Shown: positions 25,801 through 39,405, counted from the first letter of the whole stretch. The stretch: DNA of 62,644 bases, filler included, from Asterionella formosa (GCA_002256025.1; 5 parts of 5 records of this genome joined end to end with filler, not necessarily neighbours in it); one strand, 5' to 3'. Program-made: numbers and translations. The notes: generated from the letters alone by a model not told the origin.

Positions 25801-27097
25801 AAATGAGATCAGTTGGATTGCTACTGCTTGGTGTTGGAGGTGTTGTTGAGATTGGTTGTAAAATAGAAAGTGCTCTTTTAGCTTGTTCAATCACACCAGC
25901 ATTGGCTGAGTGATATCGCATAGCAAACTCAATTGCGACTTTTCCACCAGCATTGGAAATCTTCAACTGGTTGTTGTCATTCACAGGCAAGTTCTGTAGT
26001 GCTACACAACCATATCTTTGGATATTAGCATTCTCTGGATGTTTCTTCATTGCAGACAGAATCGCATCGATACCTCCTGCTTCAGCAATCATTGCTTGGT
26101 TGGTGTAATCATTCTCAGCCCAGGTTCCAAGCTTCAAGAGACCATCTATTTGAATGTCAGCTTTCCACTCATTCTGTTGCATCTTTGAAACAGTTGTAGC
26201 AATCTGAGACAAAATTAAAGTGGCAGTAGGCCCTTCTGCTTCAGGAAGTGGCACATTGTTGTTGGCATTCGAAGGCAAGTTCTGATGCTCTGTAGGTGCC
26301 TTCTTTATCACTATAGAAATGGATTCAGTGTGATTGCTATCGCTTGGTGTTTGCTTTTTTGGGGAAGTAGCTGTCTTCTTTATCGACTCATCTATGGACA
26401 TGGATTCAGTGCGATTGCTATCACTTGGTGTTTGCTTTGTTAGGGAAGAAGGTTGTTGTTTGCGGTTCTTGTTTGCATCAACAAGTTTTTGAATATCATT
26501 TAGTAAATAAGCACCAATTGAATTACGACAGAGAATAAGTTTATTCAAGACATTATTGACCTTGAGAGCCTCTGCAATGGCCTTGGCGCCGTCATTACCA
26601 ATTGAATTATCTCCGAGATCAAGTGTAGTCAAGAAAGTATTGTCCTCGAGAGCCTTTGCAATGGCTTTGGCGCCATCATCACCAATTAAATTATGATCGA
26701 GATGAAGTCTAGTCAAAACAGTATTGACCTTGAGTGCATCTGCAATGGCCTTGGCTCCGTCATCACCAATTGAACTATCAAAGAGAATAAGTTCATTCAA
26801 GACAGTATTGACCTTGAGAGCCTCTGCAAAGGCCTTGGCTCCGTCATCACCAATTCTATTGTTGAAGAGATGAAGTGTAGTCAAGACAGTATTGACCATG
26901 AGGGCCTCTGCAAAGGCCTTGGCTCCGTCAACACCAATTGAATTACTATGGAGATCAAGACTAGTCAATCCAGTATTGACCTTGAGAGCCGCTGCAATGG
27001 CCTTGGCTCCGTCATCACCAAAACTATTGAGAGAAAGGTAAGTCAAACTTGGATCATTCGCTTTCAACCGTTTGACACCTGCTTCCCAGCTAGGCAT
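22834..27097 (-). CDS. RI-like LRR + ARM + Pelle/IRAK-like kinase + ARM-repeat protein (~1394 aa); exons 27097-25532, 25452-22834
   Basis: 28-aa LRRs (IGDDGAKAIAEALKVNTVLTTL.L). Kinase motifs GQGAFGAVYKG, FAVK, HRDIKSSNI, DCGLAK, GTPGY and DVYSFG. Intron 25453-25531 (GTAAG..TTTCAG) joins FKIELE|VLKLFRHPNIV. ARM repeats (AGGITTILSAMK.H..NA.VQ.YGCAAL.NL). Confidence 0.9.
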
Positions 27098-27526
27098 TGT
27101 CAATATAGTCTTGGATGTAATGGAAGTTGTTTATAGTGATTGAAGAGCGACTTCTTTTTTGGTTCTTGTTCGAGTGAAAAGTGTTTTTTGTTTTCTGTGT
27201 TGACACTCCTTTTCTCGTGCTGCCAAAATAGTGTCTCGACAACTTGTCGTAGAATTCTACGCAACTCATTCCTCAGGCATGACATGTATACCTTCATCGT
27301 CGTCAATTCTGATTGATTACAAACTTAAGGTTGCTGCATTTGAACCCCTAGCTCGAGGTAGGGTTAAAAAATAATATTCAGTCAGACTAATCAAACACGT
27401 ACTTTTCAAGTATAAAATAGATATCTATAACGCTCAACGAAGCTTTCACCAATACACACCCTTTCCATACAGTCTTCGGACAAAGTAGGGGTGTTGGTCC
27501 ACTCTATATATCGTCAGTATGTAGGA

Positions 27527-27654
27527 TCTGGTGAGAAACTGCAGAAAGGAACTTCGGTTTTTTAACTAGGAAAAAAGACTCGAAAATTCGGGGGAAATCT
27601 GTTTATTTGGCAGAGTAAAAAAAGCGAAGTTCCTTTCTGCAGTTTCTCGCCAGA
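27527..27654. repeat. Short inverted-repeat element (hairpin/MITE-like)
   Basis: TCTGGTGAGAAACTGCAGAAAGGAACTTCG ... CGAAGTTCCTTTCTGCAGTTTCTCGCCAGA; arms of ~30-40 bp. Confidence 0.75.
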
Positions 27655-27875
27655 AGTTATATAAAGATGCTATTTGAAAGTTACCTATGTATCTAAATCG
27701 CCGTCAGACCCAGCCAACGTTTAGCTATCGTCGTCCAAAAAAAAGATGAGTTGCATTTCAGTTTTACCGGACACTTCGACATTTATGTAGGTCAGATATG
27801 AATATGCTAAATACGATAAATTCTACACACGAGTGTACCACAAGACGGGATCCAGAATCCATTCGTATGCTATCC

Positions 27876-28235
27876 TTTGTTGAAAGGTCTCGTACTCCTT
27901 CCCGTCTGAAGAACTTACCTACTATACCACTAGTATTGTTTTTTCTGCTGCTAGCCTTCGTGCTAGTTTTCGCTATTGACCTTACTCTGTCAATTCTCAC
28001 TGATTCTTAATTATAAGATTAAACTAAAACTAAGTTTCAATCCCATTCATCACACTTTGAGAACCTGTTCTTCGTGTTCCCTTTTCGTTGATGTAAACCT
28101 TCTTCTGATTGATCTAAGACATCAATCTCGTTAGCAAGCTTCTTGACATGGGAACGCATCATTTGACTCATTGGACTATAGTCGAGTCCACAGTCCTTGT
28201 GACTCATTATAGCCATTGATGCTATATTCTTGACA
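27876..28235. repeat. Dispersed repeat (~360 bp), near-identical copy at 58182-58568
   Basis: Direct alignment of TTTGTTGAAAGGTCTCGTACTCC...GATGCTATATTCTTGACA at both loci. Confidence 0.9.
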
Positions 28236-28485
28236 ACGGTATACCGTGTGTCCCTCATTCATCGGAATGTTGTAGGTAATTGCGGCTAGGAGTTGTAATA
28301 TTGCCCCTTGCTAGGCAGGTAACTGTTGAATGCAATTGGAATTTGGACGGGAACTATCAATCGCACATTATTTATCTTGTCGCAGTCATGCTCGTCCAAT
28401 GGGGTTGAGTCATGTATGCTACCTCATGGTACCAGGTACACAACATTTTTATATGGTGGTCACATTTTTGCCAATCTAAAATCAG

Positions 28486-28585
28486 NNNNNNNNNNNNNNN
28501 NNNNNNNNNNNNNNNNNNNNNNNNNNNNNTTAATTAATTAANNNNNNNNNNNNNNNNNNNNNNNNNNNNNNNNNNNNNNNNNNNN
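28486..28585. other. Artificial contig linker (N-TTAATTAATTAA-N)
   Basis: 100-nt spacer with stops in all frames. The same spacer occurs at 57039-57138, 58909-59008 and 60779-60878. Confidence 0.98.
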
Positions 28586-31500
28586 CTTCCGTGATCGATA
28601 CCCACTCTTCTTCAGAACATCGCGAACAATCATCGTGACGGGTGGTACACTCCATTTCCAAGCCAACAACGAAATCATCAACAATGATGACAAAGCAACT
28701 AATAATGAAAAAAGAAGCGTTGACGATGCTACCCTTCGCTTTTGTCTCATGCCATCCATAAGAGCAACTCTTGCAAACAGATGGCCCCAAAACGCAGTCC
28801 AAGCAAGACAAACGAAGCATACCCAGGACTCAATTGCAGATGCTGAAATAGTGCCGGCCCCTCCAAGTACTAGGGAAACAGATGTAACAATAAACTCGGC
28901 AAGGAACAAGATACCTCCAGAGCTGCCAACAATATGGCCCATCATGAAGAAAGCGATGACAGTAGTGTTCATGGAGAAAAGAGTTAAGATTGATCTTTGG
29001 TTCGGAAAACATTCATAATGAATTCCTCGTCCAGCTTCCATAAATTGTAATGCCATGCTCATGCCCAGACCAATGCTGGAACCAAACACAATCATCAAGT
29101 TCAACAGGATATGTGGGGAACATGCAGTAAAGCTTCCGAGGGCCACCAAGCCACCTGTGATAAACTTTTGAAATGAAGATTCTTCAACGATTGCAGATGG
29201 CTTACCATCTCGTATACTCCCTCCAAAGTCCATCGTTCCACGACAGGCAGCACTTTCAAGCAAAGACCTGTGCTCGCGAAGGTCTTTGCTACGGTAGGTC
29301 GAAAAATGTGCTTGAACAACATTGTATGTTCGCTTATTCCATCTAGGCATAAAAATTAGACATTGAAAAAAGAAGGGGCAATCTCGATCCCAACGACGTT
29401 GCCAATGATCCACGACAGAACGTGTGATTCTACCAAAACTTCCGAGACTTGAGTCTTTCGAAATGTGCTCTTGCATGGCTCGTTCGTAAGTGCGTCCTAG
29501 CCTTCTTTCGGCATGACGTCCCAAGCGTAACCAAATGTGGCAAACCACCATCGCTGCAATCGCACATTCAGTTGAGGAGAGATATCTCATTTCTTTATCC
29601 AGATCGTATGGCAATCCCTCCAGATGATACTCGATTGGTCTTATGGTAATTCTATTGGTGGCACGAGCTAGGAGAGTGAAGAGCAAAGGTAGCATAGAAA
29701 TAGAATTTGCAACCCATTGAGTGGCAATCAGAAAACGCCGATCCACCGTGATACATGCCTCACCGCTCTGCTCTCCATCGACATTCCATCCGAGATGAGC
29801 CGAAAGAGTCCATAGGAGATTGAATAGTCGAGGACCCCTCCCGTTCCCAACGATCAATGGGTTGAATCGATCATTATGACGGTGACGGTTTCCGTGGTTG
29901 ACACGAGTGACATTTTCTTGAGATCGTTGATCATCAAGTTCAAGAAAGGAAAAGTTTGCCAAAGTGAGTACTGAAATGTTTCCTTCCTCCCCCAAAGTAC
30001 TGATTGGGAACTGACCGACACCAAGAGGAGGCACATTGTCCAGATAGTCTCGCAGGAACGATTTGTGCTCAACGCTTTCAAAACCTGATTTTTGGATGTG
30101 CAAAAGTTCATGCCCATCGGGATCCAAGTCACTAAAATCCAGGCAACAATAATGGGTTGCACACACGACATGGGGCCGAGATTTGGTATTACTTGAAATC
30201 TTTCCCTGCGGCAAAGACCAATTCTTAATACGCGACGAGGCATCGTCGATCAATTTCTCCTCGATTCTTGGACCAATTCTTTCAAATAAGTGAGTTGTAG
30301 CAGCAGGACATCTAATCAGGGTGCCAGGTCCTCTTACTCGGTCGAATACCCCATGCACAATCAAAGACCTTGGGCAATTCAACATGGAAAGGGCACCACC
30401 AACAGCTAGTAGTGCCTCGTCCATAAAAACATCTGTGCCAATCACTCTGTTCTTTGGTAGAAAAGGGTAAAGCGCTCTTTCTGAAATGGCGTCGAAAATT
30501 GGGATTGCATCACGATGATTCGGGTCGTGCTGAATACCTAGGCAATATCTGCCCGGAGAATGGCATAGGCGACGAAACCAGTCCAAGTCATCTGGCTCGT
30601 CCTTGCGCTCAAATTCGTCGGCTCGGTCTGACGGTAACTCGACCACCTCACCGTAGATAGAATCGGTGCACAATCGATGCCGATAGACCCCACCCTCTCG
30701 CCATGGTTCGGAGTACCAAATTGGACCGATAAACGCAGTCTTTTCAGCGTGCAATGATCTGTTAGGGTCACGCAATCTACCATGAACAATGATACACAAT
30801 CTGTCCAAAGTAATTTCCAACTGCGATAAAGCTTGACATTGTTTCTTTCCAAGCAAAGGAACAGCTCGTCGTTGCACTACCTGACAGTGCAGCTTATACA
30901 GAAGCCTGTAAACGTCATGCCAATCACAACAAGCTCCATGTACGATTCGGTACACCACTCGAATCAACGAAATTAGTCGATCCATTTCCTGTCGACGATG
31001 TCGTCGGTAGCCTTCGCATATCAGCAGTTGAAGGAGGTGAGTGCGACCGAGTTCTTCCGAACGAACACCCCAATCAGTGGAGCACAAGCGACAACTCTTC
31101 TCCGATCGATACGATTCACCCTGGTCTGAAAATTCCGTTTCTAATTTCGTATTGTTAATCGCTGCAAACAATTTTGCACTTCTGTGTTGCAACTGTGGCG
31201 CTACATGAACAAGTGCGGTCGATGAAGCAGTAGGATGACCCCATTTGTCTGTCGGTCGAATGGCGAGGTCAAAGGGGAAAAGGCTTGCTAATTGAAACTC
31301 TTCGAATCGATAGTTCGCATGCACATGAGCCGACAGATACTGCGTTCTTACTAGTACTTCTGTAGCCACATGCTCCCACAGATAGTCGATAACATGTTTG
31401 TATTTTGAAATCGCAGCATGTGGCATGGCTGGCCTTGTTAGCGAGGGGCGTGACTCTCCCCGAGACGTAAAGGCAGGAGGAATGCAGGGCGATACGGGTG

Positions 31501-33031
31501 CATACATGTACCTCACGGAAAACGGAGCATATGGCAAGTGGGCCTCGTGCGCATACACATTGGCCAAAAAAGGGTCAACTTGTTCTCGTTGGACGTTTAT
31601 CGCTTCGTATGCTTCGGCTATCAAACTACCCAAAAGGCGAACACCCAGGACGATGTGGCAAGTCTCACCTGGTTCCAAATAACCCTCCGAAGGATACACA
31701 GTGAAGCAATCGCATCGTTGTACGAAGATACGAAAAGTCAGGGGTCTGCAAAAATCTGGATTCGTAAATCGGACCACGTGCCAAGTGTGCCGGGCACTTT
31801 CGTGGTGAGGCCCAAGGTGCGCCACAGTATTGGTCACTCCAGGAGCGGTAATATTATCATTTAAATATAGTTCCTTTTTCATCGACTCTAGTTCCGCTTG
31901 AGATGCCAAAGAGCTGCTGAGTAAGGATTCGCCCGTTGCAAAAAACAGGGAATCCTTAAGGAAGTTCAGCGAGTCGGACGAATATTGCTTCGAATCGATC
32001 GTTCTATAAAATGTCGATGCTGCTTTGAATGCTCGTTCGGCACGCTTCTTGATTGATACTGCAGCATGGTTGGATTCATTTGGATGTTTCGTTACATTAT
32101 GACACCACTTGGCAACAGAATATTGAGCAGACGCAAAGGTGGCCTGGGCTTGAGTTGTTGTCATGTTGCTGCATGTTTGTGTGCTATTCAGGAGCAATCC
32201 ATGTGCTGCAGCAGAAACTTCAACCTGATATACGGTATCTGAAATATCCGTACTCAATCGCTGTTTTTCTTCCATGTCTCGCACCATGGGGGGCAATCGA
32301 AACGTATTGTCACGAGAATATCGGCAGCTGGGACAGTACCGACTCCATTGCTTGTCACCGCGATCCCCAAATTCCTTTTCTACATATTCTGGAACGCAGC
32401 ATCTGCCGGGACTATCTCCATCCATGGGTAGTACAATATTCCAATGAGTAATCCAAAGATCGTGGTTGTTTTTGTAGGCGCGTTGATAGGCTAAACACCA
32501 ATCATCTTGTTCTCGAACAATGTCTGTATTCCATCGTCCAAGAAATTTCGATTTCCACAGAGCGTTACTCCTTGATTGTTGGAACATGGTGCGGGAACAT
32601 AAGGCGACAGAGTGCAGATCTTGAACTGGCAAATGTGCTAGAAGGAGTGCAGACACATCGGGAGGGAGTTGTTCCAACAACGACTCGTGTTGTTGTTTTG
32701 AAGGCATTCTTGAGTCTCCTTCGATAGAGCTTTCATCTTCAGTGTCATAGTCGTCTTCTAACCAATCTGGTATTATTATTTCCACCTTGCTGTCATCACG
32801 AGCATTACAGGTTGCTTCTGTGATCTCGGATACTGAAAAGCCCCCCCGTGTTCTCGTAGCATAATCAGGCTCAACAAGCGACACCAGGTGGTCATCGTTG
32901 TCCTTCTTCTGCTGAGCCTCAGACACTCCAGTTTCTATTCCAAATGACAAGGCCATCACCGATTCTTCTGGTGTAAGGATACTCGATTGACTCATCATGG
33001 TTATCAGTTCAGCCATGGAATGACATGACAT
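28586..33031 (-). CDS. F-box + MSP-like domain + C-terminal multi-pass membrane protein (3' end cut by gap)
   Basis: LLEQLPPDVSALLLAHLPVQDLHSVALCSR..LWK (F-box); FTNPD..PLTFRI....FTVYPSEGYLEPGET (MSP/PapD-like); several hydrophobic helices at the C-terminus. Uninterrupted ORF of ~1480 aa. Confidence 0.8.
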
Positions 33032-33336
33032 GCGAACAAAAAATAATAAAGTGGATGATCATTCCTTCGCTCATTTGCAAAAGACACGAAACAGGTAGGT
33101 GTATGAATGATCATTATAAACCGGTAATACCAACTAATAGAATACAGTACCTGGTACATACCGGCACGCAGCAGCATCGCTCACATAAGCAATGCTGTAC
33201 ATTATTACTTTAAGTTGAAACAGATAAGTCAAATGAATCCTGTTTGTACAGCATCTCCAAAATCAGCCCAGTCATGACCTTTTGTGTCTACTGGTACCAG
33301 GTAGTCATGAACATGAATCAATCTTTACTCATATTG

Positions 33337-33670
33337 TTTGCTACAAAAGCACATGGTGACCATTCCATGGCCTTGGTCATTGTTCTAAGAATGTGATGTG
33401 GATACCATCTTATTCTCTACTACTCTTGAGTCAATTGTGCTGTCCAACATCATGGAAAGGTCTCATAGTCGTCAAGTTATTGAATAACAACCAGTAGTGG
33501 GAACATATCATTTTATTTTGCTTGCCTTTGCTACAAAAGCACATGGTGACCATTCCATGGCCTTGTTCATTGTTCTGAGAATGAGATCATATGGATACCA
33601 TCTTATTCTATACTACTTTCTGGTCAATTGAGCTGTCCAACATCATTGAAAGATCTCAAAGTCATAAAGT
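33337..33670. repeat. Tandem duplication, ~190-bp period
   Basis: TTTGCTACAAAAGCACATGGTGACCATTCCATGGCCTTG...GGATACCATCTTATTCT occurs at ~33337 and ~33527. Confidence 0.85.
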
Positions 33671-33939
33671 TTTTGATTAATCATAAAGTATATTTGTTAA
33701 TATAAATATTCGACTTAAAATGTATACAGTAAAAGCAAATGGTTAATATGATAGTATTATATTGTGAATAGGATCTAAGTATATGGATGCGCTGATATAT
33801 ACATCATCAAAACATGAATTATGATATTGATTGATGCATATCAAATACTGGTATCCTCCACAACCAGCCATCACGTTCATCGTCGTGTCGTTTTTCCTTG
33901 TGATATAGTATATTATGAAAACACTATAGCTCGTGTCGC

Positions 33940-36900
33940 TGGCGCAACATGCATATTACACTGCGCTCTGTTCAACAATTACTACACTTGGTTACCATCA
34001 CACCAGTTGCACCACCACAAGCGCTGCAAAAGCTCCGCATTTCAATTCCACTGTCTTACATCATAGTCTTCTGGCCCATTGACAACTTTCCAAATGTTAT
34101 TTCATGGATTTCATCGAAATGATCAGTCAAACAAGAAACATGACTTACTTCCGTCATTTACACTACACGACTTTATGTTTTCGGAAAAGAAGATAAAGAC
34201 ACTTATGAAATCAATCGAAGATTCCTTTGAATACACTCAAAGATCAGATGAATTTGAACAGATTTATAATACTCCAGAAAAAATAATGAAGCAAGTATGC
34301 CGATAAAATAGTGGCAGAGATTGAAAAGAAGGAAAGATTGCTTTCGAAGAGGAAACCCAAACAGTTGTTCTTCGCAGATGAAGAGTCTATTCCTACAGAG
34401 TCACAGTTCCATCCGGTGTCGTATTTTGCTCATTCTCTTGACATCGCTGATAATGAAGATGAACTCAGTGATTCTCATTCATTTAATGAACAAGTTCATG
34501 CGATGAATGAAAATACCGGCGGAAATGTGGGAGACATCACTTCTGAAGTAGAAATGGTTGAAAAGTTGCAAAACCAAGAAATACGTCTCACTATTCGTCC
34601 AGAGCATCAAGATGGGCTGAACATCATGAAAGCAGAGAAACGATTGCATTTCTAAAAGAAAAGATATTCAAGAAAAAGTCTACGCTAGATCAAGACCTCG
34701 AATTCAAGAAGATCCATGCAGACAGAGATGTGGTGATGCTGGCTAAGGCAGTTGATGCACTGAGTCGGGAACAAAGTTTGAAGCACAAAATTGAATCTTT
34801 TTCCAAATCATACATGGAAGAAAAAGATTAGGAATTATTTTTAAAATCATCGAGAACAATCCCGAAGGCAGCTAGCTACTTTTGTGAAGAGTTGGCATGT
34901 GAAATGTGTAGAGTTATTATGCCAAAGCAAACTGCATTTTCCTTGAGTTTGCCGAAAACACATGGACAACCAAAATTGTGGAAAGAATTGTACACATGTA
35001 CGCACCCCACAAGAAATATGAAATTACGCCTCTGTATTTTATGAAGTCAAAGGTATCAAAAAATCATCTTCAGATTTTAAAGATCTTGCATATTGGGACC
35101 TTGAAACAATTACCTCTATGATCCATTATATAATTCATGAACTTCGTCCAACTGATGTAAAGGATATACTACATTTGATCTGGATGAGAACCCAGAAAAG
35201 GGTAATAACTTAACTAGTATGTGAAACTATATTATCACTATTATTAATATTATTCTTGTATATTTATCAACATTCGCTTGTTAGTTTTTGGTCCCACCCA
35301 GTTGATTTCCATAAATGACGTGGAGGCATGGCAACATAAAAATTATCTCTCCATATCTTTTCCAAAACCTCTTGCTTTTTTAGAGATTTCCTTGATTCCT
35401 GTGGTTTCAAAGCAGGAACAACAAATGCTGCCAAAAGTATGTTATGAAATTCAACAACGCTCAATTCAGTTGTATAATTGCATAAGGTGTCTCCTCTTGC
35501 AAAAAACATACATTTATGATTTTTCATTTCAGTTGAACTTTTCAAGGAACGAATACACGCTAAGATAATGGTTGTTGTGTTGGAGAAAATAACATTTCCC
35601 CAAAGGAGTAGTTTTGCTGGAACGGAACTTTGTAGGAACTTGATCCATATCCCTTCTCCCAGTTCACTTCAACCCAGTCAAACCATTCACGACCAGAGAT
35701 TCCTGCATTTGAATCATTATTCCATTTCGGATGGCATCTGAAAATAGTAGTTGGGCTGGGAACATAACTTTCAATTTTAACATTATAATAAAAGTCAATC
35801 CTTACAATGGAAATAGGCCCAACCCCATCTTCAAGACTTTTTATTCTTCCTATTTCTATTGCTGAATTCGCAATGCTCTTTATGTAGTTGCCCTTCTTCG
35901 ATAAATCAGGATGAACCAATTGAGACAAGGGTGCATCCTTACTCCGTGATATATGCCCAATTTTATTAGGGACACCTGCTATAGTCCATTGACCATTTGA
36001 TGATCTGCCTTGATCAAGAATAGCAATGTCTGTTGTTTCCGTGCTTTGAAACCAAGAAAAAAAACATATTGTTGATATAATCCATTACCACCCCTGAAAT
36101 CGCAAATTTTGTTGTGCTCTTCTGTATCACTAATGATCATTCCAATCTGGAAATAAACTTTTGTCATTCCAAGACCATGAACCCAAATATCGTATTAGTA
36201 CTTGTTTGGATCTTCGAAAGGCAACAATAGAAATCCTGTAACAGAATGGTATAACTTGAGTCTACACAAGGACAACACATCACCAGATAACTTATTATTC
36301 ATTTGTTTCTCCAGATCACTGACTTCAATGTCTGGCAAAAGAGTTACCAATTGCCATCCATCAACTTTGTTCCTTCTTTCTAACGTTAAGTTTAACATTG
36401 TCAACAAAAACGGATGCTTGGAATGTTTCATTTGTTTATCAATAGGTGAACCATCACTGAAAACTGCTAGGGCAACAAATAAACACCCTGTCTTGCCTTC
36501 AGCACTCCATTTTCTGATGCAGGAGATTTGTTGAACGCATTTTCAAACCAAGTCGCGGAAGTTACTTTGTCATGTATGCGTTCTCCACAAGTTGTAAGTT
36601 TCACTTGTGGGTGATATAAAAAATGTTGCATGATATCGGAATAATAATGGGGTGTGTGTGGGATGACCATGTTTGAATTGTTGTCAATCTGTATTTGTTT
36701 GGTCAAGAGTTGACCACCAGCTAATGATGGTGGAAATGAAACATCCATGCGTTTCTCCAAAGTCTGGTAGGATTGATCTTGATACCTTCTATCAAAATAT
36801 TTCATTGCCTTTGCCTTGAACAGCCATTTCATTAGTGATCAAAGTACACTGGTGGAAGTTTATTCTCGTTAAGGAATAATATGAGTTCTAGTTCTAATTC

Positions 36901-37075
36901 GATTGGATGCATGTTTAGCAAAGGTTTACTTGGAAGTTGAAATTGAGGAAGGAAGGGGCATTTCCATTGCATTTTCAGGGAGAAAGCCGGTGTGATCTTG
37001 AAAATCTGAATATTGCATGGTTTCTGCATTCAATACTTGGAGAGTCTTTATTCCATTAGCAAGTTCTTTCTTTTT
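33940..37075. mobile_element. Plavaka-like element, copy 2 (inverted, internally deleted)
   Basis: 33940-35200 is the reverse complement of ~20040-21205. 35205-37075 (-) carries transposase pieces, including TSATWF, VFSDGSPID, HPFLLTMLNL..R....GWQLVTLLP and LKLYH. Confidence 0.75.
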
Positions 37076-37079
37076 ATCA

Positions 37080-37800
37080 TCATCCATGAGTAGGCAAAAA
37101 TTTTGTAAGCGGGAACAAGCAGAAAGAATTGCAACTGATTTCTTCATCCTGAAGTACAAGGATGTTCCATGAAGTACAAGGATGTTCCAGGATCCTCCAT
37201 TTATTGGTGAGCAATCCAAACGTCATCTCAATTACTATAATGCAGAGTTGTGAAAGGAAATGGTTGTGTTTATCTTTATTTGTTGATTCCCTTTGACTTC
37301 CAACAAATGGAAAGAGCACTTGATCAGTCAATATGTAAGCAGTATCACCTGCTATGTATTGTCCTGGACGAAGGTTGGATACAATCTGAAGAAGCTGTGT
37401 TCTTTCAAATGCCTTCCAATCTGGACATTTTCCTGGTGCCACAACATCAAAGCATAGTAGGAAACAGCAATTGCTGTCGCAAACAGCTTGGACATTCAAT
37501 CAATACGACATATAATGCCCAGACCAATGTGCTTGAGGGAAGCAATCAAAATCCTTTTTTCTTGGTTTAGATATAGGCTGTAAATATCCATCCTCTATAG
37601 CACCAATGCATCCACGAAATAGTTGCTGCTTGCTTTTTTCAAGGAATCCATTCATCACTGTTTGTTGTAGGGAATTTTATTGATAATGCTGTGCAGAAAT
37701 TCACCACATCAAGGAATGTTTTAGTGATGTCATAAACAGATGGATAAGAAACTCCAAAGATATGATGAATGTCTAGGGAGGTTTCACTCCACATATACAC
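37080..37800 (-). mobile_element. PIF/Harbinger DDE_Tnp_4 transposase remnant
   Basis: GCIGAI.DG, NVQAVCD, PG...D..AF, YIAGDTAY and IEMTFGLLTNKWRIL; degraded. Confidence 0.85.
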
Positions 37801-38158
37801 ATACCGGTATATGTCTAGGATACCATACATACACACTTAACAACCAGTATACGGCCAGTTCTGCTACGTTCCATGGCCCATACTATGTAAGAAGATTTGT
37901 ATACAAAGAAAACTGATGATAATATCTGCATATCATTGACGTCATCGAGAATTCATCGAGAACTCATCGCAAACTTATCATTCTACGATACGTCTCTTCA
38001 TGCTTGCATGCATACCGGTAGCTCCAGCATCATATCAATACTGCTACCATCAAGTGACTGCTATTGAATAGGCAGGGCACCGCACAAAGCTCAGTTTTGA
38101 ATAGAGATCGAACCGTCAGCCTCAACTCGACACACAGCTTCCTGCTTGTTCCACACAC

Positions 38159-39223
38159 ATGACAGAAGAATCAAGCAGTGCCCATAGCTCGCTGTGGGGC
38201 CTAGTTGTAGGCCTCTTCGTCATTCTCCTACTGTTCTTCTTTCACGCAGTGTTTAGCGAGACGTGCTCCTTATGTTCTAGATTCTGCACCATTCGCCGAT
38301 ACGCCTGCTTCTGTTGTTGTTGCACCTTGGATATGCAAGGTTACCGGCGAGAACGAGAATCCCTTCTTCGACTGCGTGAATTGCATAGGATTCAGTTGTT
38401 CCGACACCAATTGGCGCTTCAAACATTCTCTCAAATACCTGGACCAGTTCCGAATTCTCTGGACTTGTCTCCGTCCACAACGGCGTCCCTCTTGCGCGCA
38501 TATCAAGCCTTGGGGTTTATTATTGTTCCTTCCACGCCGACGAGGCAAATTGTTGACTTGACGAGTCCGCAATTTAGGGATCAATTAACGATGGAACAGC
38601 GAAGAACTATTCTGGAGCAATTGGTCGTGTGCCATGAGTATCATGACGACAAGGTACTACACCGAGGAATTACAGGAGGAGGTTCACCTGACGACTGTGG
38701 AGACGAGATTGCAGTAGTTGAAACAAACGAGTCGGACCCAGAGTCGATCGTGGTGTCTACTGAACCACAACCTACTATAGTACACATCCATTCGCTGACA
38801 ACAAATCCGGGATCCACAGTGCAACCTTCAGTATTATTTCCGTCCGTGGAAACAGTTGATGAGGAGGTTGAGAGAAGCACCAGCTTTATCTTTCCTTTTC
38901 ATGAAGAACCTGATGAAGCAGCTTGTGCCATTTGTTTAGACCCCTTCCTAGAAGGGGAAGCAATTACATCGCAATCTCGATGCACTCACGTCTTTCACAA
39001 AAACTGTTTACTATCATGGTTAGACCAACATGATGTTTGTCCATGTTGTAGACAATTAATGATAGGCGAAACGGAGTGGAGACAAGCGGCATTAAGTAGT
39101 GGAATATCTTCCCAGACAATGATCCAATTTGGAACACCTGTCTTGCCAGCGAGCATCATGACCAATACTCAGATGTTCCAGAGAGCAAATGAGTTACTGA
39201 GGTCTGCGGATTCAAGAGTATGA
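38159..39223 (+). CDS. Membrane-anchored RING-H2 E3 ubiquitin ligase (ATL/RNF-like)
   Basis: N-terminal TM helix; CAICLDPF...C.HVFHKNCLLSWL....CPCCR. Confidence 0.88.
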   Translation: MTEESSSAHSSLWGLVVGLFVILLLFFFHAVFSETCSLCSRFCTIRRYACFCCCCTLDMQGYRRERESLLRLRELHRIQLFRHQLALQTFSQIPGPVPNSLDLSPSTTASLLRAYQALGFIIVPSTPTRQIVDLTSPQFRDQLTMEQRRTILEQLVVCHEYHDDKVLHRGITGGGSPDDCGDEIAVVETNESDPESIVVSTEPQPTIVHIHSLTTNPGSTVQPSVLFPSVETVDEEVERSTSFIFPFHEEPDEAACAICLDPFLEGEAITSQSRCTHVFHKNCLLSWLDQHDVCPCCRQLMIGETEWRQAALSSGISSQTMIQFGTPVLPASIMTNTQMFQRANELLRSADSRV

Positions 39224-39405
39224 TGAAATCTTTTTGTCTAAATTATGCTTCCAATTCGTCACACCAATTACCTTTCCTTATGATGGTGTATGATATCAAA
39301 TAGGTAAATAATATGTTTTATTTTCATCAGATATTATTTCCTGTCGCCAAAAACGACGATAGCTTTATGAATGTGGAATTCGCTTATTTTTGTAAGGACC
39401 ATGCA

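Noticed and set aside
28486..28585. Repeated TTAATTAATTAA motif within N runs (4 sites)
   Set aside because: Artificial contig spacer. Gene adjacency across these sites, and ORFs running into them, are not biological.
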